Source: Deltaproteobacteria bacterium
GTDB taxonomy: Bacteria > Desulfobacterota > Syntrophobacteria > BM002
Reading direction: 5' to 3'
Length of the DNA: 62,109 bases
NCBI GenBank assembly: GCA_020347625.1
Contig: CP070735.1
Coordinates: 2,628,902 to 2,691,010 of the forward strand
Shown: positions 47,722-56,667 of the stretch, one piece after another
Layout of the letters: each line of letters opens with the position of its first letter
How positions within the stretch are numbered: position 1 is the stretch's first letter
The notes under the pieces: generated by a model
Told to the model about the DNA's origin: nothing
The model's input: the letters and a program-made list of their open reading frames with translations, nothing else
The model's database searches: none
Made by a program: the position numbers and the translations under genes

Positions 47722-47931
47722 ATGGCAAAGCCGGAAGACATGTATCAGTGCCAGACGACTAATTGTGGTTGTCTCTATGATCCGGATCGTGGAGACAGAA
47801 GAAGTAAGATTCCCAAGGGGACAGATTTTGATAATTTGCCCGGGGAGTGGAAATGTCCGGTTTGTGGCGCCGGTAAGAAGATGTTTCGGCCACTCCGAGG
47901 ACCGGGTTCGGTAGTAGAGGAGGGTAGCTAA
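47722..47931 (+). CDS. type-2 rubredoxin (Rdl-like, CX4C first knuckle)
   Basis: YQCQTTNCGCLYDPDRGD...WKCPVCGAGK. AAGGAGA RBS. Confidence 0.8.
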   Translation: MAKPEDMYQCQTTNCGCLYDPDRGDRRSKIPKGTDFDNLPGEWKCPVCGAGKKMFRPLRGPGSVVEEGS

Positions 47932-47968
47932 GAGCTTTAATTAACGCTTAGCGAGAAAGTGAACCATT

Positions 47969-48172
47969 TTGAAACCTTGCAATCAGACCATAAAGAAGAC
48001 ATTGGATATGGTGGACAGCATGCTCATCCTTGCAGACGAGGGCGATGCTGTGCGTGAAGATGTTGGATGCGGCATACTTTACGCTGTGTTGCGGGATTCG
48101 GCATACAAAATAAAAAAGCTGGCCGAGGCGGAGCGCAAAGCTCACTTTGAGAAGGGCTGGTGGCAAGAGTAA
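47969..48172 (+). CDS. hypothetical small protein
   Basis: ORF in an operon context. Start is uncertain (TTG 47969 or ATG 48008). Confidence 0.4.
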   Translation: MKPCNQTIKKTLDMVDSMLILADEGDAVREDVGCGILYAVLRDSAYKIKKLAEAERKAHFEKGWWQE

Positions 48173-48189
48173 GCAGGGGAGGTGAGACA

Positions 48190-48300
48190 ATGGCAACTTT
48201 CAAATGCAATACCTGCGGTCATGAAAAAGAAGGAAGATGTAAACCCCAGAAATGCCCTGAGTGCGGCGAAAAGAAGACATTCGAAAAAAAGTCCTCATAG
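48190..48300 (+). CDS. 36-aa zinc-ribbon mini-protein
   Basis: Not in the ORF track. GGGGAGG RBS. Translation MATFKCNTCGHEKEGRCKPQKCPECGEKKTFEKKSS. Confidence 0.55.
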   Translation: MATFKCNTCGHEKEGRCKPQKCPECGEKKTFEKKSS

Positions 48301-48315
48301 CTGTGGAGAGAGCTG

Positions 48316-49146
48316 ATGCGGATGGGACCCCTTGAGCTTTACAAAAAACTGCCAAAGACTAACTGCGGCGATTGTGGTCATCCCTCTTGCCTTGCCTTCG
48401 CCACCCAGGTTGTCGGATATGGCCAAGACCTTCGAGACTGCCCTCACCTGGCAGAGGCTGCCCTCCAGGAGGTGGAGAGTATAATTGAGGAGCAAAGAAA
48501 AGAAGGTGTCTACGTCAAGCAAGATAATCACAAAATAACCCGGGATCACCTGAGAGAGAAGATTAAGAGCCACGACTTCAAATCAATCGCTCCGGGGCTG
48601 GGGGTGAGTTACTCAGAAGATAACGGCTTGGTTACTCTGAAAATTCCATATTTCGATCGCGTGGTCAGCATGAGCCATAGTGGGATCTTGGCTGAGAACA
48701 GTGAGGAGTTTGATCCCTGGGATGAAGTACTTCTCTATAATTACATCTTTTTTGCCGGTTCAAAGCCTTTGAGCGGCGATTGGGTAGGATTGGAAAATTT
48801 CCCGAATTCTTTGCCCAAGCGTGCGGCACTTGATGAGGGTTGTCACCGACGCATCAGTGAGGTCTTTTCTGGGGCCAGAACTGCACTGGAAAGTGCTTGT
48901 CAGAAGCTAGGAGGCACAAGAGTGGTAGATGGACACAGCGGTGACCTGGCCTTTCAGTTTCAACCGCTTCCCAGGATGCCACTTCGTCTGCTTTTTTGGG
49001 ACGAAGATAGGGAGGAGGGCTTCGAAGCACAGTCCAAGGTCCTTTTCAACGCAGCAGCCATAGAATATCTGGACCTCGAAGGTCTAACTTTTGTGGCCGA
49101 GAAACTGGCCAATAAATTGATTCAAATTAAGAAAGGAGGAACTTGA
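48316..49146 (+). CDS. putative Fe-S cluster domain + DUF3786-like protein
   Basis: N-terminal CGDCGHPSCLAF...DCPHL resembles the putative Fe-S domain of corrinoid Fe-S proteins. The body is DUF3786-like. Confidence 0.6.
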   Translation: MRMGPLELYKKLPKTNCGDCGHPSCLAFATQVVGYGQDLRDCPHLAEAALQEVESIIEEQRKEGVYVKQDNHKITRDHLREKIKSHDFKSIAPGLGVSYSEDNGLVTLKIPYFDRVVSMSHSGILAENSEEFDPWDEVLLYNYIFFAGSKPLSGDWVGLENFPNSLPKRAALDEGCHRRISEVFSGARTALESACQKLGGTRVVDGHSGDLAFQFQPLPRMPLRLLFWDEDREEGFEAQSKVLFNAAAIEYLDLEGLTFVAEKLANKLIQIKKGGT

Positions 49147-49640
49147 TGTCTAAGACGGAACAGAATCTGAGGGATGCTTTTGCTGGGGAGTCCCAGGCCA
49201 ACCGTAAATATCTTGCCTTTGCAGAAAAGGCTGAGAAAGAGGGGTACCCGCAGGTTGCCAAACTATTTCGAGCTGCAGGTGCGGCAGAAACTGTTCATGC
49301 CCACGCTCATTTGCGCGCCCTGGGGGAGATTGGCAGCACTGCAGAGAACCTTAATGTTGCCGTGGCCGGTGAAACCCACGAGTTTAAGAGTATGTATCCT
49401 GAAATGATCGAGGTCGCCAAGGAAGAGGGCAACAAGAAGGCAGAGAGAAGCTTTGTCTTTGCCAATGAGGTGGAGAAGGTCCACGCTGACCTTTATCAGC
49501 AAGCTCTGGACAACCTGGATAGCCTCGAAGAGGCGGACTACTACGTTTGCAGTGTATGCGGCATGACCGTTGAAAATGAACCTCCTGACACCTGCCCGGT
49601 GTGCGGTGCAAAAGCCAGCGCTTTTTTCAAGGTGGACTAA
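49146..49640 (+). CDS. rbr: rubrerythrin
   Basis: Diiron ferritin-like domain (NLRDAFAGESQANRKY, ETHE) plus a C-terminal rubredoxin knuckle CSVCG..CPVCG. The ATG overlaps the upstream TGA. Confidence 0.9.
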   Translation: MSKTEQNLRDAFAGESQANRKYLAFAEKAEKEGYPQVAKLFRAAGAAETVHAHAHLRALGEIGSTAENLNVAVAGETHEFKSMYPEMIEVAKEEGNKKAERSFVFANEVEKVHADLYQQALDNLDSLEEADYYVCSVCGMTVENEPPDTCPVCGAKASAFFKVD

Positions 49641-49706
49641 TCGTTCTACGGTTCCCAACCTACCTGGGTTCGAGGGATAATCTCGAAGGTCAGATTCGTT
49701 TCTCGA

Positions 49707-49759
49707 GCCCGGAGGTTGTAACGCTCGCCGGTACAGGGTAACGGATTCCACCTCCGGGC
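49707..49759 (+). promoter_or_regulatory. 10-bp perfect inverted repeat with 33-nt loop between rbr and the next ORF
   Basis: GCCCGGAGGT (49707-49716) pairs with ACCTCCGGGC (49750-49759). There is no U-tract and the function is unknown. Confidence 0.3.
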
Positions 49760-49780
49760 ATTGAAAATGGAGGTAACCAC

Positions 49781-50134
49781 ATGTTGACTATCGAAGAAAT
49801 AAAGGAAAACCAAGAAATTATGGACTGCCTTAACCTGGAGATGACTCCTGAGAAGGCGGTGGCTCTTTACCTGGAGTGGGGCTCATCCTGGGCCCACGGT
49901 CGGGACTTTGTCAGATCCAACACTGATGTGAGTTGCTACTTCACCATCGATGCCTGGGAGAAGCCGGCAAAGCTTCTTCTGATAAGGCGGAGCATGGCGG
50001 AAGGGGAAATCCTTGGAGAAGTGGACGCGCCGCGTGAGCTTGTGGAAAGGGAACTCGAAGCCTGGGGCGGTAGGAGAGGAAGCTACGGGATCAGTGAATT
50101 GCTGAAAGAGTGGCTTCGTTCGCAGCTCAGTTGA
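49781..50134 (+). CDS. hypothetical protein
   Basis: GGAGG RBS. No family recognised. Confidence 0.55.
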   Translation: MLTIEEIKENQEIMDCLNLEMTPEKAVALYLEWGSSWAHGRDFVRSNTDVSCYFTIDAWEKPAKLLLIRRSMAEGEILGEVDAPRELVERELEAWGGRRGSYGISELLKEWLRSQLS

Positions 50135-50196
50135 AATGATCTCTGCCCCGTGCAATATGGGATCACTGAAAATTAGTCGAGACCGTAATGACAGAA

Positions 50197-50230
50197 ATGC
50201 CAGCCCCAATGGGCTGGCATTTTTCCTTTT
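50197..50230 (+). terminator. intrinsic terminator
   Basis: ATGCCAGCCC-caat-GGGCTGGCAT followed by TTTTCCTTTTT. Confidence 0.75.
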
Positions 50231-50247
50231 TATTGAGTTGATAAACC

Positions 50248-50277
50248 TTGACGAGATTTAGTCGGAAAAACTATATT
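50248..50277 (+). promoter_or_regulatory. sigma-70-type promoter of the ferritin-like gene
   Basis: TTGACG, 18-nt spacer, TATATT. Confidence 0.4.
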
Positions 50278-50327
50278 CGAGGTAGGCTTAACATTGGTTT
50301 TACCAAACCCAGCTACGGAGGTTCGTT

Positions 50328-51185
50328 ATGGAAAAGTCGGAATTGATCGCGATGTTGAACAAGGACATCGCCGAGGAGCATGCGGCGATCATTCGCTATC
50401 TTACTCATAGCTATTTAGAGGGTGAAGATACCCCTATCGGTGCAGGTTTGCTGTCTCGCTCCAGGGAGGAAATGTGGCATATGCACTGGCTTGGCATGGT
50501 CATAGGAGACCTGGGTGGTGAGCCCAATTTGACGCCAGCCCCTTACCCCTATGACCCCACCAATCGCGAAACAATCTTCAAGTCCTATGTTGAGTATGAG
50601 CTGAAGTTGGTCCCCCACTACAAGGGAGAGGCGGACAGAGTGGATGACCCTCACATTAAGCGGGTATTAGAGCGGGAGGGCTGGGAATCCGCTATGCACG
50701 CAAAGAAATTTCAAAGGGTGTTGGACAAGCTCACTCCAGATGAAGCCGCGGGTGTTCCAGGAGAAGAGAATGAGCTGCCCAAAGAGTTCGTCGATCAACT
50801 TCAGGATCTGGTGGCAAGCAAGTACACCCAAGTGTTGCAGCACGTGCGAAATGGTTGGGTCCTCCAACGGGAAGGAATCACCGGCTGGGAACTTATGGAC
50901 TTCTCCATGACCCAGATGAAGCAACTGGCCCATATTGCCGAAGAGGTGGCTGAAAATGGAATAACGCCGCGGCTCGAGGCTGGTCAAATCGATACGAGTC
51001 GGTCCATCGGTGTGGCGCTGCAAAAAACCCTGGAGGACGTGCGTGCCTCTCGTGAACGCCACCTGAAGTTCCGTGATGACAGTGAAACGCAGAAACATGC
51101 AGGCCTCGTTGTTAACCTGGACCTCACCCTCCAGCAGGAGGAGTATGAGGCAGGCGAAATCGAGGACTGGATTAAGAAGCTATAA
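50328..51185 (+). CDS. ferritin-like (bacterioferritin-family) protein, apparently tandem-domain
   Basis: LNKDIAEEHAAIIRY and EEMWH in the first half, with a similar helical pattern in the second half. Confidence 0.65.
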   Translation: MEKSELIAMLNKDIAEEHAAIIRYLTHSYLEGEDTPIGAGLLSRSREEMWHMHWLGMVIGDLGGEPNLTPAPYPYDPTNRETIFKSYVEYELKLVPHYKGEADRVDDPHIKRVLEREGWESAMHAKKFQRVLDKLTPDEAAGVPGEENELPKEFVDQLQDLVASKYTQVLQHVRNGWVLQREGITGWELMDFSMTQMKQLAHIAEEVAENGITPRLEAGQIDTSRSIGVALQKTLEDVRASRERHLKFRDDSETQKHAGLVVNLDLTLQQEEYEAGEIEDWIKKL

Positions 51186-51199
51186 TCAAGGAGAAAATA

Positions 51200-51859
51200 A
51201 TGGCAAAGATCGGTGTGCTTCTCTCAGGATGTGGCGTATTTGACGGTGCAGAAATACATGAGGCTGTGCTAACCATGCTGGCGCTGGACCGGGCCGGCGC
51301 TACAATTGTCTGCATGGCACCAGATGTCGACCAGTACCACGTGGTCAATCACCTAACACAGGAAGAAATGACTGAAAAGCGGAACGTGCTGGTGGAATCA
51401 GCTCGCATTGCCCGTGGCGAGATAAAGGATCTCAAAGATGTCAAAGCTGCTGATTTGGATGGTCTGATCATGCCCGGTGGGTTCGGCGCGGCTAAGAACC
51501 TGAGCGACTTTGCCTTCAAGGGTGCAGAATCCACTGTCGAAGCCGAGGTAAAACGGATCCTCGAGGAAATGTCGGCGGCTAGTAAACCCATTGGTGCGAT
51601 CTGTATCTCCCCGGCTCCCTTGGCCAAAGCGCTTTCTGCCAAGAAACCCGAGGTGACCATCGGAAACGATCAATCCACTGCAGAGGCCATTGAAGCCATG
51701 GGCGGTCAGCACAAAACTTGCACGGTGGATATGATTCATGTGGACGGTGCAAACAAAGTGGTCACCACACCTGCCTACATGCTGGGGCCTGGCATCAAAG
51801 ACGTGGCAGTCGGTATTGAGAAGTTGGTGCACAAGGTGCTTGAACTTGCCGGGGGTTAG
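51200..51859 (+). CDS. elbB: ElbB-type DJ-1/PfpI family glyoxalase
   Basis: MAKIGVLLSGCGVFDGAEIHE N-terminus and GAICISP nucleophile elbow. Confidence 0.82.
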   Translation: MAKIGVLLSGCGVFDGAEIHEAVLTMLALDRAGATIVCMAPDVDQYHVVNHLTQEEMTEKRNVLVESARIARGEIKDLKDVKAADLDGLIMPGGFGAAKNLSDFAFKGAESTVEAEVKRILEEMSAASKPIGAICISPAPLAKALSAKKPEVTIGNDQSTAEAIEAMGGQHKTCTVDMIHVDGANKVVTTPAYMLGPGIKDVAVGIEKLVHKVLELAGG

Positions 51860-52084
51860 GGAGAACGTATCTGCAGCCTTTTAGAGAGGCAAAATAAACT
51901 TAATAAATAACATTATATTTTGAATGAATATTTAAACAATAATAATTATATATAGAGCGGTTACTTTGACTAGTAAACCACTGGTGTAGCTTTTTAAGGT
52001 ACGGTCTCACAACATGGTTTTTCCACTTTAAATAGTAGCGCCGGGCCACAGTCAACGTTAAAAAACCAGGATAAAAGAGAGCCT

Positions 52085-52561
52085 ATGGAAGAGGGCAGGG
52101 GCAAGAGAAGGAGTTTGCGGGTTCCGGTTCATCTTGATGTACGTTGTGACCTGGCTGACGGATCCACTATTAAAGCTAAAATCATCAACTTGGGCACGGA
52201 GGGCATTTTTGCTAAATCAGTCGATCCAATCAGCCCTGGCGATAGCATAACCCTAGAGTTCCTTTTGCCGGGCACCCTCAATTCAATCAAGCTGGCCGGA
52301 GAAGTGATGTATTCTCGCACTCAGGAGGGGGAACAAGACTCGGATGAAGATTTCCATGTGGCGGGTATTAAGTTCATCGATCTTGCAGAGCCTTATCACA
52401 CCCTGATTCGAGATTATACGCTCAAAATGCTGGACAACGAGGAGATTTTACGTGACGGGGGAATTCTCCACGTGCTCGACGACATCCGTAATCTCCCGCC
52501 TTCAGACAGGTTAAAGGCTTACCATGTCCTGATCAAGAAGGGCTCAGGGCCGGTGGGTTGA
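52085..52561 (+). CDS. PilZ domain protein (partly degenerate second motif)
   Basis: RRSLR is present. The second motif reads NLGTEG instead of D/NxSxxG. Confidence 0.65.
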   Translation: MEEGRGKRRSLRVPVHLDVRCDLADGSTIKAKIINLGTEGIFAKSVDPISPGDSITLEFLLPGTLNSIKLAGEVMYSRTQEGEQDSDEDFHVAGIKFIDLAEPYHTLIRDYTLKMLDNEEILRDGGILHVLDDIRNLPPSDRLKAYHVLIKKGSGPVG

Positions 52562-52715
52562 TTGTAGATTTAAGATTGTAAATTTAAGATTTAAGATTGG
52601 GGAATCCTTCTTTGGTGCTTTTCTTTCTGATAGCTATCTGAAGTAACCTCAGCATTAGGTTACAGGTAACAAATTACCTAAATCCGCAATCCGCAATCTG
52701 TAATCCGGAATCGAG
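52561..52715. repeat. heptamer-array hairpin element
   Basis: TGTAGAT TTAAGAT TGTAAAT TTAAGAT TTAAGAT on the left. CCTAAAT CCGCAAT CCGCAAT CTGTAAT CCGGAAT on the right. Confidence 0.8.
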
Positions 52716-52741
52716 AGGGTCTAATATTATATTTCGTTTCC

Positions 52742-55660
52742 CTAAAGCAACTTGATAACCTCCAGCCAATCTTTCCGTTCGGCAGTGGCGCTCTCAATGG
52801 CACTTGGAGAGCCGATTACCTTCACTAATCCCCTCTCCCTGACCCCATCCAGAACATCAGCAAAAGTTCTGAAATCTTTGGCTGACGTCTTCAAAACTTC
52901 CTCACGTAGAGACTGTCTTTTCTCGTCGGTGTCTTTGGTCAGGTAGCGAACCATGGAAGTATACCCTTTGGCGTCAGGGAGGAGATGCTTGTCAATGTCG
53001 CCGATGGTCCCGATGATACCCTTTTTCAGTTCCTCTTCTCTCAGGTCAGCCGAGCGAAGGAATTGCACCGTCTGATCAAATGTTTCCACTGTTTTAGTCA
53101 AATTGGGGTCCCTGTATGAGACAAACGTCAGGGTGCCGGACAGATGATTAAAGAGACAAAAAGCGCCATAAGCACCACCCTGGACGCGAACACGTTCCCA
53201 CAACCAGGCGGTTCGTAGAAAACGAGTGATTACGTGAACCGAGCCGTGTAAGCGGTAGCCTAGTTGATAAAGATTTGCCCCTTTGCCCACGTAATTAACC
53301 TGAGCCGGTATGGTCATACCTTCAAAGCCGGGAAATTCCTCTGGGGACCACTCAAAAAAGTGAACCGGCTCTGAGGGAAGGTTGTTCAAAAAATCGCTCA
53401 GGTCAACCTCGAGGTTAATCCAGCTCTTTTCATCGCAGGTAGCGTTGATGAGCATGTTCTCCCGGTTCACCAGCGCTCGATGTATCTCTTCAAGGCTGTT
53501 AAGCACGCTGGGCCAGTCCTCATCGATCCTCTGGGTGAGATTGCGCAAAAAGGAAAGGTAGCTCACACCTCTCATCTGTTCAGCGGCCCAGTCTGCCTCA
53601 CTAAAGTGGGCACGCAGCCGCAAATTGACCACCTGGTGTCCTTCGGGCACCAATTTTTGCTCCTGGCGAGCCTTCTCCTCAATGACCATCTGACGAAAGC
53701 GCTCCCTATTATCAAGTTGAACCTTAAGGAATACATCTCGCAAGATGGCCATAAGTTCATTGCTCTGGGCAAACATGGCTTTTCCGCGCAGGAACAGCCA
53801 GGATGTCCCCCGATCTTTCCCGGTGATCGCTGAAGCGAAGGATTGCGGGTAAATCCCTCCTGTCTCGCGGCTGATGCGCTGTGTGAGTGTGACAAAGTCT
53901 TCCTCTTCGGTACCCAACTCTAGGAGGGCCCGGCCAAAGAGAGGGATAAAGGAAAGGTATTTCTGCTCTAGGGCGTGCAGGTTGAAGCCCACATCTAAAT
54001 AGACAATACCGCTTGTGGCCAGATCGTGAAACAGGATCTGAGTGTTTTTGTGCTGCGTTACAGTTAAGGGGATTGTTTTGTTGTTTTTGTCCAAGTCGGC
54101 AAGCTTCAAAGTGGGGATAGTGGCCAGTGCCTCCGCGGAATCAGGGGTTTGCTGGATTCGTTTGAGCTGCAAGGTTTGCTCAATTGTAGATTGCAGCTCA
54201 GCTTGACTCATGCCAGATCTGGCCTCGTCCAGACGAACTCGCTCTTCCTTTTCTTGTCTCTCTGTCAGATTAGGATCAGGCTGCAAAATAAGAGTGGCAC
54301 GGTGTGGGTTTTTTAGAAAAAAGCGATCGATCATCCTCTCGAAGAACGAATCATTGGCGGCCAGTTGGGATTTTACCTTTGCGAGGGGACCTTCAAAGGC
54401 GAGTAGGACCAGGGGGTCACCACCGTAGAGCCAGGTGGTGAGAGCACGCAACATGAGCAACAGCCCTTGAGGGTATCCTCTGGGATTGTTTTCGCGAAGT
54501 CGGAATTCAATGGTATTGAGTGCAGCCTCCACGGTCAGCGGATCGATGCCGTCTTTTGCCAAAGTGCTCAAGGTCTGAAGGATGAGATTCTCAATACGAT
54601 CGCCGTTATGTATATCGATACCCTTCAGTCCAGTAGAAAAATACATCTGCCTCAGCTCATCCTCAAGACCCACACCGGCCAGATCTTCGCCTAGGCCGGA
54701 GTCGATGAGGGCCTTGCGTAAGGGCGAGGCTGGCATCCCCAGGAGGATGTAATTCAAAATTCTGAGAGCTAGGTTGGTCTCAGAATTTGCGGTCTCGGTG
54801 AGCAGCCAGTTGATGGTGATCATCCCCTTTGCTTCACCGGTCTCGTCGGCTCCTGCGGCAAAAGGGTGAACAATTCGTTTGGGCTGATCAAACGGCGGCT
54901 GCAACGGTATACTTGAATCCATCTCCAGAAAGTCAAAATCTTTGAGGTAATCATTTACCAATCTCAACCGCTGCTCCGGGTCATCATCGCCGTGGAAGAA
55001 GATACGAGCATTGGAGGGGTGGTAGTATTTTTGATGGAATGATTTGAACTGCTCAAAAGTAAGGCTGGGGATGTGCTTTGGATCGCCACCTGAATCAAGT
55101 CCATAGGTATGGTTAGGGAAAAGCGATTGCTGGCTGTATTCGGCGAGAACTCTGTCGGGGGAGGAATAGGCGCCTTTCATCTCGTTGAATACGACCCCTT
55201 TGTAGATGAGGGGTTCGTCCGATGATTCCAGGTCAAAATGCCATCCCTCCTGCTGTAAGGTGAACGGTGTCAACCGTGGATGAAGAACAGCGTCGAGATA
55301 AACGTCTATAAGATTGTAAAAGTCTTGCAGGTTTTGACTGGCTACAGGGTAGCAAGTCTTGTCTGGATAGGTGAAGGCGTTGAGAAAGGTTTGGAGGGAG
55401 CCTTTCATGAGTTCCACAAAGGGTTCCTTGAGTGGATATTTTCGCGAGCCGCAAAGCACAGAGTGCTCCAGGATATGAGCAACACCGGTTGAGTCAGAGG
55501 GTGGCGTGCGGAAGGTGATGCCGAAGACCTTATTCTCGTCATTGTTTATGATAGATAGCAACTCGGCCCCAGTTTTGATGTGGCGATAGAGTTCAGCTTT
55601 ACTTTGCAATTCAGTGATGTGCGTTTCGGTGATCAGTTCAAAGCCATGAATCGTTTTCAT
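52742..55660 (-). CDS. M16C family zinc metallopeptidase (PreP/falcilysin-like)
   Basis: HILEHSVLCGSRKYPLKEPFVELMKGSLQTFLNAFTYPDKTCYPVAS. The ATG at 55660 follows a GGAGG RBS. Confidence 0.9.
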   Translation of the reverse strand: MKTIHGFELITETHITELQSKAELYRHIKTGAELLSIINNDENKVFGITFRTPPSDSTGVAHILEHSVLCGSRKYPLKEPFVELMKGSLQTFLNAFTYPDKTCYPVASQNLQDFYNLIDVYLDAVLHPRLTPFTLQQEGWHFDLESSDEPLIYKGVVFNEMKGAYSSPDRVLAEYSQQSLFPNHTYGLDSGGDPKHIPSLTFEQFKSFHQKYYHPSNARIFFHGDDDPEQRLRLVNDYLKDFDFLEMDSSIPLQPPFDQPKRIVHPFAAGADETGEAKGMITINWLLTETANSETNLALRILNYILLGMPASPLRKALIDSGLGEDLAGVGLEDELRQMYFSTGLKGIDIHNGDRIENLILQTLSTLAKDGIDPLTVEAALNTIEFRLRENNPRGYPQGLLLMLRALTTWLYGGDPLVLLAFEGPLAKVKSQLAANDSFFERMIDRFFLKNPHRATLILQPDPNLTERQEKEERVRLDEARSGMSQAELQSTIEQTLQLKRIQQTPDSAEALATIPTLKLADLDKNNKTIPLTVTQHKNTQILFHDLATSGIVYLDVGFNLHALEQKYLSFIPLFGRALLELGTEEEDFVTLTQRISRETGGIYPQSFASAITGKDRGTSWLFLRGKAMFAQSNELMAILRDVFLKVQLDNRERFRQMVIEEKARQEQKLVPEGHQVVNLRLRAHFSEADWAAEQMRGVSYLSFLRNLTQRIDEDWPSVLNSLEEIHRALVNRENMLINATCDEKSWINLEVDLSDFLNNLPSEPVHFFEWSPEEFPGFEGMTIPAQVNYVGKGANLYQLGYRLHGSVHVITRFLRTAWLWERVRVQGGAYGAFCLFNHLSGTLTFVSYRDPNLTKTVETFDQTVQFLRSADLREEELKKGIIGTIGDIDKHLLPDAKGYTSMVRYLTKDTDEKRQSLREEVLKTSAKDFRTFADVLDGVRERGLVKVIGSPSAIESATAERKDWLEVIKLL

Positions 55661-56667
55661 AACTGCCTCCGTGTTATGCTCGAGCAATCCTTCGAATCCA
55701 GAGGAATGTTTTCCGCGCCCGAATTCGTTGCAAATAATTTAAGAATAGATTTACACTTGTCGACCCCTGGCCTACACGATTCACGAAAAGAGAAAGACAA
55801 ACTGTTTAGTAATCTCACCCGGAGATAATAGATTACTTTATGCCCTTATAATGGAATCAGGATAAATTCCCCGAGGAATCTCCCACCCCAAAAAGAATGA
55901 CGAGATTCTTCCCAGCTACGCTTGTCAGAATGACATCCTAATTCTGACATTTGCATATAAACACTAATTGGATCGAATTTATAGCCTTTAAGTAGCTATT
56001 TTATGTATCAGTGAAATGCTCGTTTTTGTATGTCAATATCGTGTTAAAAATCACTGCTGACTAAACAGTTAAATTATATCGATTAATTTGTAATTATCAT
56101 TAAATCATACTTGTTGCGTAGTTTATTGTGATGACAGGTCACCATTTGTTTATATGTCATAATTGACATAACTGTTTATTCTTGACAGTGAGATGGAATG
56201 TGCTATTTTTGTAGCCAAGATATTGCCGTAATTGGATTATTGGTTCATTTATTCACCTTATCCCTACTTCAAAGCGCCCCGAGCGCCAAGCATTCTGTGA
56301 AGCAGAGAATTCCTGAATTAGTGCGGTAACTAGATCGGACAGATGCTAAGGAAACTAATACTTTGCTTCATCGTTATTCCTTGAGTTGCCTACCTGGACT
56401 GAATTGGAGGGCAGAACGTATTCTGCTCTGGCGGCGAAGTTTGCATCCTATTCCTTTTTTTAGGTCTGATGCCTGCGTTCCTGAAACGGAATTGATAGCG
56501 AGTCAAAGGATCGACGGTTGCAACGGCAGGCGCAGGATTAAATGAACGGATAGTCAGAGGTGTTTGTCCACCTCTGACAAGGGAAAGGAGGTGTTAAGAG
56601 TCAATAACTGACACGAAGCAGAGTTGAATTGCACCGATGTTTCATGAAAGGAGGGCAAATTAGACCC

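Noticed and set aside
56429-56445. Sigma-54-like sequence CTGGCGGCGAAGTTTGCAT in the fdh leader
   Set aside because: The GG to GC spacing is one nucleotide too long relative to the TGGCAC-N5-TTGC consensus. It is kept only as a note.
56363-56545. 60-aa ORF in the fdh leader
   Set aside because: It has a TTG start, no RBS and low-complexity content, and it lies in a region better explained as untranslated leader.
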